Shown piece by piece: positions 21,574-30,990 of a stretch of DNA of 30,990 nucleotides. The translations under genes and the position numbers were made by a program. Source of the stretch: a virus (Duplodnaviria > Caudoviricetes); IMG/VR virus record IMGVR_UViG_3300048902_000256, positions 1 through 30,990 of that record; one strand, 5' to 3'. The notes under the pieces are model-generated. The model made no database searches and was not told where the DNA came from. It worked only from the letters and a program-made list of their open reading frames with translations. Position 1 is the first letter of the stretch, and each line of letters starts with the position of its first letter.

Positions 21574-24537
21574 GTGGCAGACGTCGGCTCAGCGCGGGTA
21601 AGCATCACCGGTGATGTGAAGGGTTTCGCCAAGGACGTCGAGGCGAAACTCCAGGCCGCACTGTCACGAATCAAGATCGACCCGATTGACGTTCCGGTCG
21701 AGCTCGACAACGCGAGTCTCGCCAAGACGATAGTCGAAGCCCGTGAGGCCGGGGAGCTGATCGGCAAGGAGCTCAACAAGAGCGTTGCCGACTCGGGGAA
21801 GGACTTCTCGAAGCAGCTCAGCCAGAACGGCCGCGACGCGGTCAAGTCGTTCGAAAAAGAGGTCACCACCGGCGCCGACCGGGTCGGGGACAGCTTCTCG
21901 AAGCGCCTGGCCGCCAGCGGCAAAGGGGCGGTCAAGCTCTTCGCCAAGAGCCTGACCGGTGGTCTGGCCCTGATCCCGAATCTGATCGGCCCAACTCTGG
22001 TCGTGGCCGGTCTTGGTATCGCCGCCGGTATCGCGGCCGTCGTCGGTCCCGCGCTGGGCGGGCTGATCGCCTCAGCCGTGCTGGCCGCTGGCGGTCTCGG
22101 CCTGATCGGGCTCGGGGCAATGCTCCTGAAAGAGGAGCCTGCTCTCCGCGACGCCGCGTCCAAGCTGGCCGACTCGGTCAAGAAGACCTTCACCGACGCG
22201 GCTCAGCCGATCCTCCAGCCGCTCGTCCAGGCGCTCGGCGTCTTCGAGGCGACAGCGGTCCGGATCGGCCCCGAGGTCAAAGCCGCTTTCGCGGATATCG
22301 CCCCGGCCATCAAGCCGTTCGCTGAGGGCCTGGCGGGCCTGGTCCAGAACATCCTTCCCGGCTTCCGCGATCTGATTCGCTCGGCCAATCCCTTCCTCCA
22401 GGGTCTCGCCGCCGTGCTCCCCGGGCTTGGCCGCGACTTCTCCAACTTCTTCGGCAATATCGCGGCCAGCGGACCCCAGGCGACGATCTTCTTCCAGGAC
22501 TTCATTAAGGGCATCGGCGCCCTGATCCGTAACCTGGGCGAGTTCATCGGATTCCTGGCGCGGTCCTATGTCGCCGTGAAGAACTTCCTCGGTCCGCTCC
22601 CCGGCATTCTCCGGGAGGCGTGGACCGCGCTGCGCGAGGGGAAGGGCGCCAGTGAGGTATTCGCGATTCTGGAGAAGGCATTCCACCCGGGATTCTTCGA
22701 TCAGGTCGTCAGTACCATTCGCACTCTGGTGACAAACGGCATCAATTACGTGGTGGACAACCTGCCGCGATTGATCGACGGTTTCATTGCGTTGAAGTCG
22801 CTCGTGCTCGACGCGGCCGTGAAGCTGGTGCTCGGCATCGCGGACGCGTTGCCCCGGGTGATCCCGGCCATCGTGGCGTCGCTCGTCGGCGTGGTCAACG
22901 CCCTGGTTCAGGGGCTGGTCACCGCAGTGCCCAAGGTGATAGCCGCTGCCGGGGAGCTGATCAACGGGCTGGTGGAGGGCATCGTCAAGTCGCTGCCGAT
23001 CCTCATCCCGGCCGCCGTCTCGATCATCACGTCCCTGATCACCGGCCTGGTCGGCCTGATCCCGATCATCATCAACGCCGGGCTCCGGCTGGTTCAGGGC
23101 CTGGTCGAGGGCATCATCGGCGCCCTCCCCCGGATCACCACGGCGCTGACCCTGGCGATTCCGCAGATCATCTCGGCCTTCATCACGGCCGGTCCTCAGC
23201 TGCTCCTGCTGGGCACGAATCTGCTGGTCGCGATCGTCAAGGGCATCGGCAACGCGCTGCCCACCCTGGTCACCGCGATCCAGACCCAGGTGATCCCGAC
23301 GTTGCTGAACACGCTCCAAACCCAGGGGCCCAAGCTCCTGGAGCAGGGCGGCCAGGCGATCGTGCAATTCATGCAAGGCTGGGCGAACAACATCGGCGTG
23401 ATCATCAATGTGATCTCGACTCAGATCATTCCGGCTATCACGAGCCTGTTCAAGGACAACCCGCAATTCATCGCTGCCGCGCTGTCCGTATTCCAGACAT
23501 TGCTCACCGCCTGGTCTCAGAACGTCGTCCTGATCACGAGCTTCATCACCAACACCCTGATCCCGCAATTGGTCGCGCTCTTCCAGAACAACCCGCAGAT
23601 TCTCCAGGCCGGGGTCAGCCTGATCCTCACGCTGATCGATGCCCTGACGCAGAACCTCCCGATCATCATCCAGTTCATCTCGGGCACGCTGATCCCCGCG
23701 CTGACGGACGCTTTCATCGCGGCCGCCCCTCAGCTGGTCCAGGCGGGCTTCACGATCATGGGTGCGCTGCTGCTGGGTCTGCTCAAGGCGTTGCCCTCGA
23801 TCGTCGGCGCGATCTTCCGAATCAACGGCGCGATCCTCTCCGGCGTGCTCACTCTGATCGGTTCGATGATGGCGGCTGGAGTCCGAATCATCGTCGGCTT
23901 CGCGACCTCGATAGCCAACGCCGGTGTCGGCGCCGTCCGGGGCGCGATCAACACCGTGCGGGGCGCGATCCTCGGGGCGGTCGCGGGCGCTGCCTCCTGG
24001 CTGCTGGGCGCTGGCCGCTCGGTGGTCAATGGGCTGGCGTCCGGCATCCGGGCCGGGGTCGGCGCGGTCATCGGCGCTGTGGGCTCGCTGCGCAGCGCTG
24101 TCACGGGCGCGCTCGGGAACGCGGGTGGACTGCTGGTCAACGCCGGTGCCCAGATCATCGACGGTCTGATCTCCGGCATCTCGGCTGGCTTCGGCCGGGT
24201 CCAGGGGCTGCTGTCCTCGCTGACGGCCTTGCTCCCCGACTGGAAGGGTCCGGCGTCGGTCGACGAGCGAATCCTCTACGACGCGGGCCGCAAGGTGATG
24301 AAGGGCTTCGGGGACGGCCTGGTCGGCGGTCAGTCCGAGATCAAGAACATGCTCGGTGAGCTGACCGGCGACCTGCCCGGATTCAGCGTCAACGGCAACC
24401 AGCCCGGCGGCGGGAGCACGGTCTCGGTGACGATCGGCCCCGGCGCCATCGTGGTTCAGGGCCAGGGCGCCCAGGCTGGCGAGGAAGCGGCGGAGGCCAT
24501 CCTGGAGAAGCTGGCTCAGGCGACGCTCGTACGCTAG
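21574..24537 (+). CDS. Tape measure protein
   Basis: 987 aa; VGSARVSI N-terminus; long amphipathic Ile/Leu/Gly/Ala repeats; WKGP..D C-terminal motif. Confidence 0.92.
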   Translation: MADVGSARVSITGDVKGFAKDVEAKLQAALSRIKIDPIDVPVELDNASLAKTIVEAREAGELIGKELNKSVADSGKDFSKQLSQNGRDAVKSFEKEVTTGADRVGDSFSKRLAASGKGAVKLFAKSLTGGLALIPNLIGPTLVVAGLGIAAGIAAVVGPALGGLIASAVLAAGGLGLIGLGAMLLKEEPALRDAASKLADSVKKTFTDAAQPILQPLVQALGVFEATAVRIGPEVKAAFADIAPAIKPFAEGLAGLVQNILPGFRDLIRSANPFLQGLAAVLPGLGRDFSNFFGNIAASGPQATIFFQDFIKGIGALIRNLGEFIGFLARSYVAVKNFLGPLPGILREAWTALREGKGASEVFAILEKAFHPGFFDQVVSTIRTLVTNGINYVVDNLPRLIDGFIALKSLVLDAAVKLVLGIADALPRVIPAIVASLVGVVNALVQGLVTAVPKVIAAAGELINGLVEGIVKSLPILIPAAVSIITSLITGLVGLIPIIINAGLRLVQGLVEGIIGALPRITTALTLAIPQIISAFITAGPQLLLLGTNLLVAIVKGIGNALPTLVTAIQTQVIPTLLNTLQTQGPKLLEQGGQAIVQFMQGWANNIGVIINVISTQIIPAITSLFKDNPQFIAAALSVFQTLLTAWSQNVVLITSFITNTLIPQLVALFQNNPQILQAGVSLILTLIDALTQNLPIIIQFISGTLIPALTDAFIAAAPQLVQAGFTIMGALLLGLLKALPSIVGAIFRINGAILSGVLTLIGSMMAAGVRIIVGFATSIANAGVGAVRGAINTVRGAILGAVAGAASWLLGAGRSVVNGLASGIRAGVGAVIGAVGSLRSAVTGALGNAGGLLVNAGAQIIDGLISGISAGFGRVQGLLSSLTALLPDWKGPASVDERILYDAGRKVMKGFGDGLVGGQSEIKNMLGELTGDLPGFSVNGNQPGGGSTVSVTIGPGAIVVQGQGAQAGEEAAEAILEKLAQATLVR

Positions 24538-24573
24538 ACACTTCACACCCATTACTTCGAGGAGGCGAGTCCG

Positions 24574-27500
24574 ATCGGGACGATTACCACGCTCCGGCCG
24601 TCCGGCACCTCTTCCAGTGTCGGGTGGACGACCGCGCCGAGCGGCACCTTCCAGAGCGTCACCTCGGACGACAGCGACCTGACCTATGCCCTCTGGTCAG
24701 GCAGCGGCTCGGCGCTGATCCTCTCGACCCCGGTCGACTCGCCGCCGGTAGGCGAGCGCCGCCATCAGGTGCGGCTGCGCGCCCGAGGGGAGGACGGTGA
24801 CGCCTGGTGGGCCGTGCGGCTCAGCTCGGGCGGTCTGGTCGCCGGTGCCGCCGCGTCCTTCCCCTCCTCCCCGGCCACGATCACTGGGTCCTGGGGCTTC
24901 GGCGCGCCGCCGGACGGGGCCACGGTGCTCTACACCTACGTCACCGGCCAGTCGACCGGGGTCAAGATCCAGGAGCTCTACCTGGACATGGACTCCCGGG
25001 AGGCGCCGAGCTTCACGGCTCAGATCCTGGACGGCTCCGGCACCTCCACGACCACGATCAGCGACACCACCCAGCCGACCATCCGCGCCAGCGCGATCGA
25101 TCTAGACGGGCTGAACGCGCGCCAGTACCGCTACTGGGTGACGCTCAACGGCGCGATCGTCTGGGACACGGGCGTCGTTTCCGGCGCCTCCGTGAACCGG
25201 CAGACCAGCCCACTCGACAACGGCTCGTATGTCGCGCACCTCCAGATCTGGAGCACGCTCGGGGCGAATACCGCCTACGCCAGCACGGAGCAGACGCTCG
25301 CGTTCACGCTGCTGGTCGGCGCCGTCCCCGCGCCGGACAACCCCGAGGTGCAGCCCCAGGAGGGCACGCCGTTCTACCAGCTCAGCGCGTGCGCCCCGTA
25401 CGTGGGGGACTTCGACGACGAGGTCGGATACATCGAGCTGCAGCGGGTCGACTGCCCGCTCGGCGGCTACCTGCTGATGACCGGCGCCGCCGGTTCGTAC
25501 GCCTCCACCCCCGACACCAAACCCAATCCGACCGACCTCCAGGTGACGGTGGTCGCTCAGCGCGATGACTTCTGGTATCCGGACGTCGATGACACCCTGG
25601 TTGCTCACTACGACACCGGCTCCAACCAGCGATCCTGGCGCCTCAACATCGACAGCCCGACCGGCCAGCCGTTCCTGATCTGGGGGACGGACGGCACGAG
25701 CTCAACGCTGCTGGCCCAGGCGACCGACCGGGCCGCCATCGATGCGTTCGGCGTGTCGCGCATCCGGGTGACGCTCGACGTGGACGACGGCGCCGGGGGC
25801 TGGGTGGTGCTCTTCGAGCACCAGCTCGAAACGGACGGCCCCTGGGTCCAGCTCGGTGACCTGATCACTGGCGTCGGGACCACCTCGCTATTCAACTCGA
25901 CCGCGCCCTATACCGTCGGCGCCTACCTCGGTTCCGGCGCCCCGCTGAACCGCTGGAACGGCCGGATCTACTCGGCCGAGGTGCGCGATGGCGCCGCCGG
26001 GGCCGTGCTCGTGAACCCCGACTTCACACAGCACCTGGACGGTACGACGTCGTTTACTGACACGGCGGGCAACGAGTGGACGATCCACAGCCCAGCCGCG
26101 ATCGTCTCACCGTCGAGCACGACAACGGTCGCCATGCTCGGGCCGCTCGCCACGGGCGAATGCGCCGAGTGGACCGATTACACCCTCCCCCGGACCGGGG
26201 TCGGCCTCACGTGCGACCACGCGCCCGAGCCGTGCTGCTCCTATTACCGCGCCCGCACCGTCGGCCGGGTGGACGGTGACCTCAGGATCTCGGACTGGTC
26301 CGACTCCTACGACCCCGGGCTCCCGCCCGGTCTGATCGTGATGTGGCCGTCCACGGCCGCCTCCATCCCGGACGGCTGGGACCGTACGGCCGCGCTGGAC
26401 GGCAAGTACCCCAAGGGCGTGGCGACCAACTCGACCGAGCCCGGCAACACCGGGGGAGCAGCGAGTCACCTCCACACCGTCGGTACGCACACGCACGACA
26501 TCAGCCACCTTCACACCGTGACTGGTGCGACCGGCGCCGCGACCGGCGTGATCAGCAGCGCGAACAACACAGCGGGCGCGCTCGCGGTGTCGGCCACCCA
26601 TACCCACACTCGGCCGTCTACGGGCTCCGCCACCGTCGCCTCCGGCGCCGCCACCCCGGGCATCGGCTCCGACAACAACGACCCGGCCCGCCTGGACGTG
26701 ATCTTCATCGAGTCGGACGGGAGTCCGATCGGCGTCCCGGCCAACGCCCTGGCACTGATGCCTGACATTTCAGTGTCAGGATGGACCGACTACGCGAACG
26801 CGGCCAACCGATTCTTCAAGGGTGCGGCCGCCGCCGGTAACGGGGGAGCGACCGCCGCCAGCACGCTGGACAACCATCTGCACACCGTCGCGGCGCACAG
26901 CCACCTGGGCGCGTCGCACAGTCACACCAGCTTGCCGACCAGCGCCGTTGCCAGCGATAAGACCCTGGTTGCGGGGGCCAACGCCGTGCTCTGGCAGGCC
27001 AGCCACAGCCACAGCCTGACCGTCGCCCTGGGCAGTACCGCTGCACTGGACAGCGGCGGCTCGGGCAACTCCGGCGCTTCCAGCCTGGGCGCCACCGATC
27101 CGCCGTACCGCAACCTCCGAGCGCGACAGAACACTTCGGGCGTGCCGTCGCTGCCGGTCGGCCTGATCTGCGCATGGCGCGGTTCGCTCGGCTCCATCCC
27201 CGATTTCTGGCAGCTCTGTGACGGGAGCAACGGGACCCCGGACATGGCTGGGCGCTACCCGCGCGGAGCCACGGCGAGCATCGGGACGACCGGCGGCAGT
27301 CTCAATCCGCACTCGCACACCAGCTCCACGCACACGCACTCCAACTCTGGTCACACCCACACCGAGACGGTCGGAGCGGCCGGGGCGGCTACCAGCAACG
27401 TCAGCGCGACAGCCACGATCTCGGTCGCGCTGGCTACGCACACCCACTCAGCAGGCAACACCGACAGCACATCCCCGACGGTCGGCGCGACGGCGGCGGG

Positions 27501-27996
27501 GACGCTGTCGAGCACGACCTCGGAGCCGCCCTACGAGGAAGTCGCGTTCGTCCAGCTGGTAGAGACCCCGGCCCCGCCCCCGGCGCCGGACCTGTTCTGT
27601 CTAGACTGGGACACCGACGAGCACCTGATCCGCTCGACCGGGCCGAACGGCCCGCTGTGGGCGCCGGTCGCGGGCAAGTTCGAATGGGACGTGGACCGGC
27701 CCTTCACGGCGGCCAACGGGGTGAACGGGTCGCGGTTCGTCACCTCTGCTCCCCCCGGCGGCCGTAACCTCCACATGACAGCGGCAGTCGAGTCGGAGGA
27801 CGAGCTGGCCCAGCTGCACGCGGTCCTGTCCCGGCCGCTGGTCCTGATCAGCCCGAGCGACGCTGACGAGGTCTGGGCCGCGCCGGTCGCGGAGACGGTG
27901 CGCATCGTCAAGATCGGCCGTATCCGCCAGGTGTCCGCCGACTTCATCGGGACCGGCCCCCAGCCTGGCCCCCAGCTGGCCGACGTGGGGGTCTGA
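24574..27996 (+). CDS. Minor tail protein with LamG-like, tail-collar-like and HxH fibre modules (probable ATC start)
   Basis: Frame open from 24538; GAGGAGG 8 nt before ATC 24574; N-terminus aligns with the paralogue at 28029; GLIVMWP...IPDGW and WQLCDGSNGTPD collar motifs. Confidence 0.8.
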   Translation: MGTITTLRPSGTSSSVGWTTAPSGTFQSVTSDDSDLTYALWSGSGSALILSTPVDSPPVGERRHQVRLRARGEDGDAWWAVRLSSGGLVAGAAASFPSSPATITGSWGFGAPPDGATVLYTYVTGQSTGVKIQELYLDMDSREAPSFTAQILDGSGTSTTTISDTTQPTIRASAIDLDGLNARQYRYWVTLNGAIVWDTGVVSGASVNRQTSPLDNGSYVAHLQIWSTLGANTAYASTEQTLAFTLLVGAVPAPDNPEVQPQEGTPFYQLSACAPYVGDFDDEVGYIELQRVDCPLGGYLLMTGAAGSYASTPDTKPNPTDLQVTVVAQRDDFWYPDVDDTLVAHYDTGSNQRSWRLNIDSPTGQPFLIWGTDGTSSTLLAQATDRAAIDAFGVSRIRVTLDVDDGAGGWVVLFEHQLETDGPWVQLGDLITGVGTTSLFNSTAPYTVGAYLGSGAPLNRWNGRIYSAEVRDGAAGAVLVNPDFTQHLDGTTSFTDTAGNEWTIHSPAAIVSPSSTTTVAMLGPLATGECAEWTDYTLPRTGVGLTCDHAPEPCCSYYRARTVGRVDGDLRISDWSDSYDPGLPPGLIVMWPSTAASIPDGWDRTAALDGKYPKGVATNSTEPGNTGGAASHLHTVGTHTHDISHLHTVTGATGAATGVISSANNTAGALAVSATHTHTRPSTGSATVASGAATPGIGSDNNDPARLDVIFIESDGSPIGVPANALALMPDISVSGWTDYANAANRFFKGAAAAGNGGATAASTLDNHLHTVAAHSHLGASHSHTSLPTSAVASDKTLVAGANAVLWQASHSHSLTVALGSTAALDSGGSGNSGASSLGATDPPYRNLRARQNTSGVPSLPVGLICAWRGSLGSIPDFWQLCDGSNGTPDMAGRYPRGATASIGTTGGSLNPHSHTSSTHTHSNSGHTHTETVGAAGAATSNVSATATISVALATHTHSAGNTDSTSPTVGATAAGTLSSTTSEPPYEEVAFVQLVETPAPPPAPDLFCLDWDTDEHLIRSTGPNGPLWAPVAGKFEWDVDRPFTAANGVNGSRFVTSAPPGGRNLHMTAAVESEDELAQLHAVLSRPLVLISPSDADEVWAAPVAETVRIVKIGRIRQVSADFIGTGPQPGPQLADVGV

Positions 27997-28028
27997 AATG
28001 TCACGCATGACGGGGATAGGGTGGCACC

Positions 28029-30848
28029 ATGGCTGTCGTTGACGTGATCCGCCCAGTGTCCGTCCGCAAGGTGGGCGGGGGTGTAGCGGTTCCCTCGGGC
28101 ACGCTGTCCGCCGTCACCTCGGACAACTCCGATTCGACGTATATCCAGTTCGCGGCGGCCGGGTCCGGCAACAACTGGAATCTGCGGATGGGCTCGCACA
28201 CACCGGCGGCCAACTACCAGCGTCACCAGGCGCGGGCCCGCATCCGGGTGCGCAACGACGCGGGGAGCAGCACCGAGGACATCGACTTCGGGCGCGGCTC
28301 CGAGGACTTCATCGTCTACGACACGGTGCCGGTCATCGACAGCTTCACCGATCAGCCCGGCACCTGGTGGCAGGACGCGGAGTTCGGCCTGGCGACCGTC
28401 GGCGCGCTGGCCGACCTGAACATCGGCGGCGGCTATTTCAGCAGCCCCGACCTCAGCGCGTCCGAGACCCGGACAGCAGAGTGCTACGTCGACATCGACT
28501 GCCGTCTGTGGCCGGACTACATCCCCCAGATTCAGGACAACGCCGGGGTGGACCAGAGCGGCGGCACGGTCACCGACACCAACCAGCCGGACATGTTCTT
28601 CGGCTCGGTCGGATACGACGACCTGCCCGCGCTGGACTGGTCCGTCACGGTGAAGACCTCGCCCGGCGCGGTGACGGTGTTCTCCACCTCCGGCTCCGGC
28701 GCGCCGCCGAGCACGGTCCCGGTGACCGTCGGCCTGGACGACGGCGCCTACACGGCGGCCTTCTCGGTGCGCTCGACGATCCGGGGAGCGGACCCGTTCC
28801 CGCACCTGGTCACGTTGTCCTTCTCGATCCAGAACACTGTGCCGCCGCCGTCGCCTCCCCTGATCTCGGTCGAGCCGGAATATGGCGGCTACCGGGTCAC
28901 CTGGTTCGATCCCGGCGGCCAGCCGTGGGACAACGGCTTCGTGGTGGCTGAGGTCTACCGCGACGACTGCACTGGCTCCTCCCGGATCGCTGTGATTCAG
29001 GACGGGCTGAACGGTTCCTACCTGGACCTCGCGATTCCCCAGCTCGACCCGCAGACCCAGCAGGTCGGCGGCATCTGCGTAACTCACGCGGATGCCTGCG
29101 ACATCACGTACCGGGTCCGCTACCAGGGTTACGTGTCGACGTTCGTCGAGCTGCCGGACACCATCCCGGCTGACATGATCCTGGGCTGGCCGGGGACGGC
29201 CGCCAGCATCCCGTCCGGCTGGAGCCGGGTCACGTCGCTGGACGGGGTCTTCCCCAAGGGCGCGAGCACGACAGCCGCCCCGACGGCGACCGGCGGCGCG
29301 GCTACCCACGTCCACACCACGCCGGGCCACACGCACACCATCGCGGCGCACAGCCACTCCCTCGGTGGCTCGACCGGATCGTCCGGGAGCTCGGCCACCA
29401 GCGCCCGCTACAACAATGCGGGCATCGACCAGGCCAACCAGCCGCACACCCACTCACGGCCGGGCTCGGTCGGGAGCGCGGGCGCCCGCGCGTCCGGGTC
29501 GGCGGCACCGGGTATCAGCGTCGCCAGCAATACCTCCCCGGTGCGCGAGGTGATCTGGGTCAAGTCCGACGGCGCCCAGGCCAACTACGCCACGGGCCTT
29601 CTGGGCTGGGCTACCGAGAGCGTGTCCGGCTGGGTCGACGACGCGACCAGCAAGGGACGCTTCCTCAAGGGCGCGCCCACCGCCGGGAACGGGGGAGGGA
29701 CGAACGGGGCGACGACGCACTTCCACACCGTCAACGCGCACAGCCACACCGGTTTCAGCCACGACCACTCAATAGGCAACACCGGGCTGTCCAGTCCGAC
29801 CGGAGTCGACGCGGGAGACGGCTCGGCCACGCCGCGCTGGCTACCCCGGCACACGCACCCGATGGACGTGATCAACTCCAGCACGGGCAACACCAACTCC
29901 GTGGGCGGCGGCAACACCAGCGTGGTCAACCTGGAGCCGCCGAACCGGCGGCTACGCGTGCTGCGCAACACCGGCGGCGGCACCCAGACCCGGATCATCG
30001 GGCTCTACGTCGGCACGGTGGCCGCGCTCGACCCACTGATGACGTTGTGCAACGGGGTCGGCGGTACGCCGGACATGCGGACCTGGTTCGCCCGGGACAT
30101 CGGTACCGACTCGGTCAACTCGACCGGCGGCTCCAGCACCCACGCGCACAGCACGGGAAGCCACGGCCACGACATCGGGAACCACAGTCATGACACCAAC
30201 GTCAACGCCTCGAACACCGGCTCTTACGAGGCGCCGACCTTCGGTGACCTGGGCGACTCCCCGACCACGGGACACACGCACTCCAGTGGCAGCACGGCCA
30301 GTTCCTCTCCGCCGGTGTCTGGTGCGGGCTCGGGCAACACCAACAATGTCAACCACATCCCGCCCTTCAAAGAGGTCCACTTCGTGCGGCTGGACGGCAC
30401 GATCTCGGGCGGCCCGCTGCCGGTGCCGGAGCTCAAGATCTCAGACTTCGCGGAAACGACCGTCCCGGCCTTCACCTACTCGGACGGGCTCGACCGGCTG
30501 GCTAGCCTGACCGCCAAGATGGCGGTCGTCACCGATCGTTCGCACGCCTATCCCCGGCTGGTCGTCGACTCCGTTCCGCTGGACGGCGGACTGCACACGG
30601 CCTCGACCACGCTGTCCGGGGAGGATATGAATCTGTCGATCGCCGTGGAAGGCCTTCCCGCGATCAACCAGCTGGAGTCGCTGCTGCGCGCGGACCGGGT
30701 CTATTACTCGCCGCTCGGCGGCACACCGGGCTGGTACGCGCCCGCTGACTGGACGGTGCGTGCCCCGGCGCCGGGCGTGAAGGTGCTCAGCCTGATCCTC
30801 GTGCGCCAGCCGTGGCCGTCCACCCCCGACCCGGAGGACTTCCTGTAG
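28029..30848 (+). CDS. Minor tail protein, paralogue with collar-like and HxH fibre modules
   Basis: ILGWPGTAASIPSGW, LCNGVGGTPDMR, many HxH motifs; TAGGGT 6 nt before ATG. Confidence 0.85.
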   Translation: MAVVDVIRPVSVRKVGGGVAVPSGTLSAVTSDNSDSTYIQFAAAGSGNNWNLRMGSHTPAANYQRHQARARIRVRNDAGSSTEDIDFGRGSEDFIVYDTVPVIDSFTDQPGTWWQDAEFGLATVGALADLNIGGGYFSSPDLSASETRTAECYVDIDCRLWPDYIPQIQDNAGVDQSGGTVTDTNQPDMFFGSVGYDDLPALDWSVTVKTSPGAVTVFSTSGSGAPPSTVPVTVGLDDGAYTAAFSVRSTIRGADPFPHLVTLSFSIQNTVPPPSPPLISVEPEYGGYRVTWFDPGGQPWDNGFVVAEVYRDDCTGSSRIAVIQDGLNGSYLDLAIPQLDPQTQQVGGICVTHADACDITYRVRYQGYVSTFVELPDTIPADMILGWPGTAASIPSGWSRVTSLDGVFPKGASTTAAPTATGGAATHVHTTPGHTHTIAAHSHSLGGSTGSSGSSATSARYNNAGIDQANQPHTHSRPGSVGSAGARASGSAAPGISVASNTSPVREVIWVKSDGAQANYATGLLGWATESVSGWVDDATSKGRFLKGAPTAGNGGGTNGATTHFHTVNAHSHTGFSHDHSIGNTGLSSPTGVDAGDGSATPRWLPRHTHPMDVINSSTGNTNSVGGGNTSVVNLEPPNRRLRVLRNTGGGTQTRIIGLYVGTVAALDPLMTLCNGVGGTPDMRTWFARDIGTDSVNSTGGSSTHAHSTGSHGHDIGNHSHDTNVNASNTGSYEAPTFGDLGDSPTTGHTHSSGSTASSSPPVSGAGSGNTNNVNHIPPFKEVHFVRLDGTISGGPLPVPELKISDFAETTVPAFTYSDGLDRLASLTAKMAVVTDRSHAYPRLVVDSVPLDGGLHTASTTLSGEDMNLSIAVEGLPAINQLESLLRADRVYYSPLGGTPGWYAPADWTVRAPAPGVKVLSLILVRQPWPSTPDPEDFL

Positions 30849-30850
30849 CC

Positions 30851-30990
30851 ATGCCGACCACATTCGCGTCAGCCCGCGCCCAGGCTGCTCTGTCCACCCC
30901 CACGGGGTATCGCCGCTGGTCTCGCTTCACCTTCTCGCGGGGAGGCGTGACTCAGGAGCTGGAGCCGATCAGCGGGAGCTTCACCCAGGA
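30851..30990 (+). CDS. Minor tail / baseplate hub protein, 5' part only
   Basis: ATG 2 nt after the previous stop; L.PISGSFTQ resembles DUF5047-type hub N-termini; truncated by the window. Confidence 0.55.
   Translation, partial: MPTTFASARAQAALSTPTGYRRWSRFTFSRGGVTQELEPISGSFTQ

Larger units (their letters stand above)
1..30990. mobile_element. Tailed actinobacteriophage/prophage genome fragment (siphovirus, cluster B-like virion module)
   Basis: Gene order portal, MuF, protease, capsid, tail, tape measure, minor tails; many small translationally coupled ORFs; no host housekeeping genes. Confidence 0.96.

Noticed and set aside
24535-24573. Amber recoding or suppressor tRNA explaining tape measure readthrough
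   Set aside because: TAG is used as an ordinary stop in several genes, and the tRNA-like RNA has no CUA anticodon
26300-30400. Diversity-generating retroelement repeat pair in the tail paralogues
   Set aside because: Similarity is at protein level only; no adenine-specific near-identical DNA repeat and no reverse transcriptase

Overview
The whole window is a fragment of a high-GC tailed actinobacteriophage or prophage (GC roughly 70% by eye). No host genes, integrase, terminase or lysin are visible. Positions 1-4.8 kb hold small early-type genes and a candidate replication-origin region: 11-bp tandem repeats, a 38-bp direct repeat, a 134-bp hairpin and two stand-alone D5/P4-type winged-helix genes. 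From 4.8 kb runs a siphovirus virion module resembling mycobacteriophage cluster B: portal, MuF-like protein, maturation protease, separate hexamer and pentamer capsid proteins, major tail, head-tail connectors, tail chaperones, tape measure, two paralogous His-rich tail proteins and the start of a hub protein. The module is interrupted at about eight points by accessory cassettes, several antisense. Five of these cassettes' promoters are near-consensus sigma70-type and carry a shared TGAC-N8-GTCA palindrome. The most unusual element is a promoter-driven ~300-nt non-coding RNA (18587->18284, minus strand) with four tRNA T-arm hairpins in two aberrant tRNA-like domains, followed directly by three tiny ORFs. 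Protein family calls come from motif recognition and gene order, not database searches.
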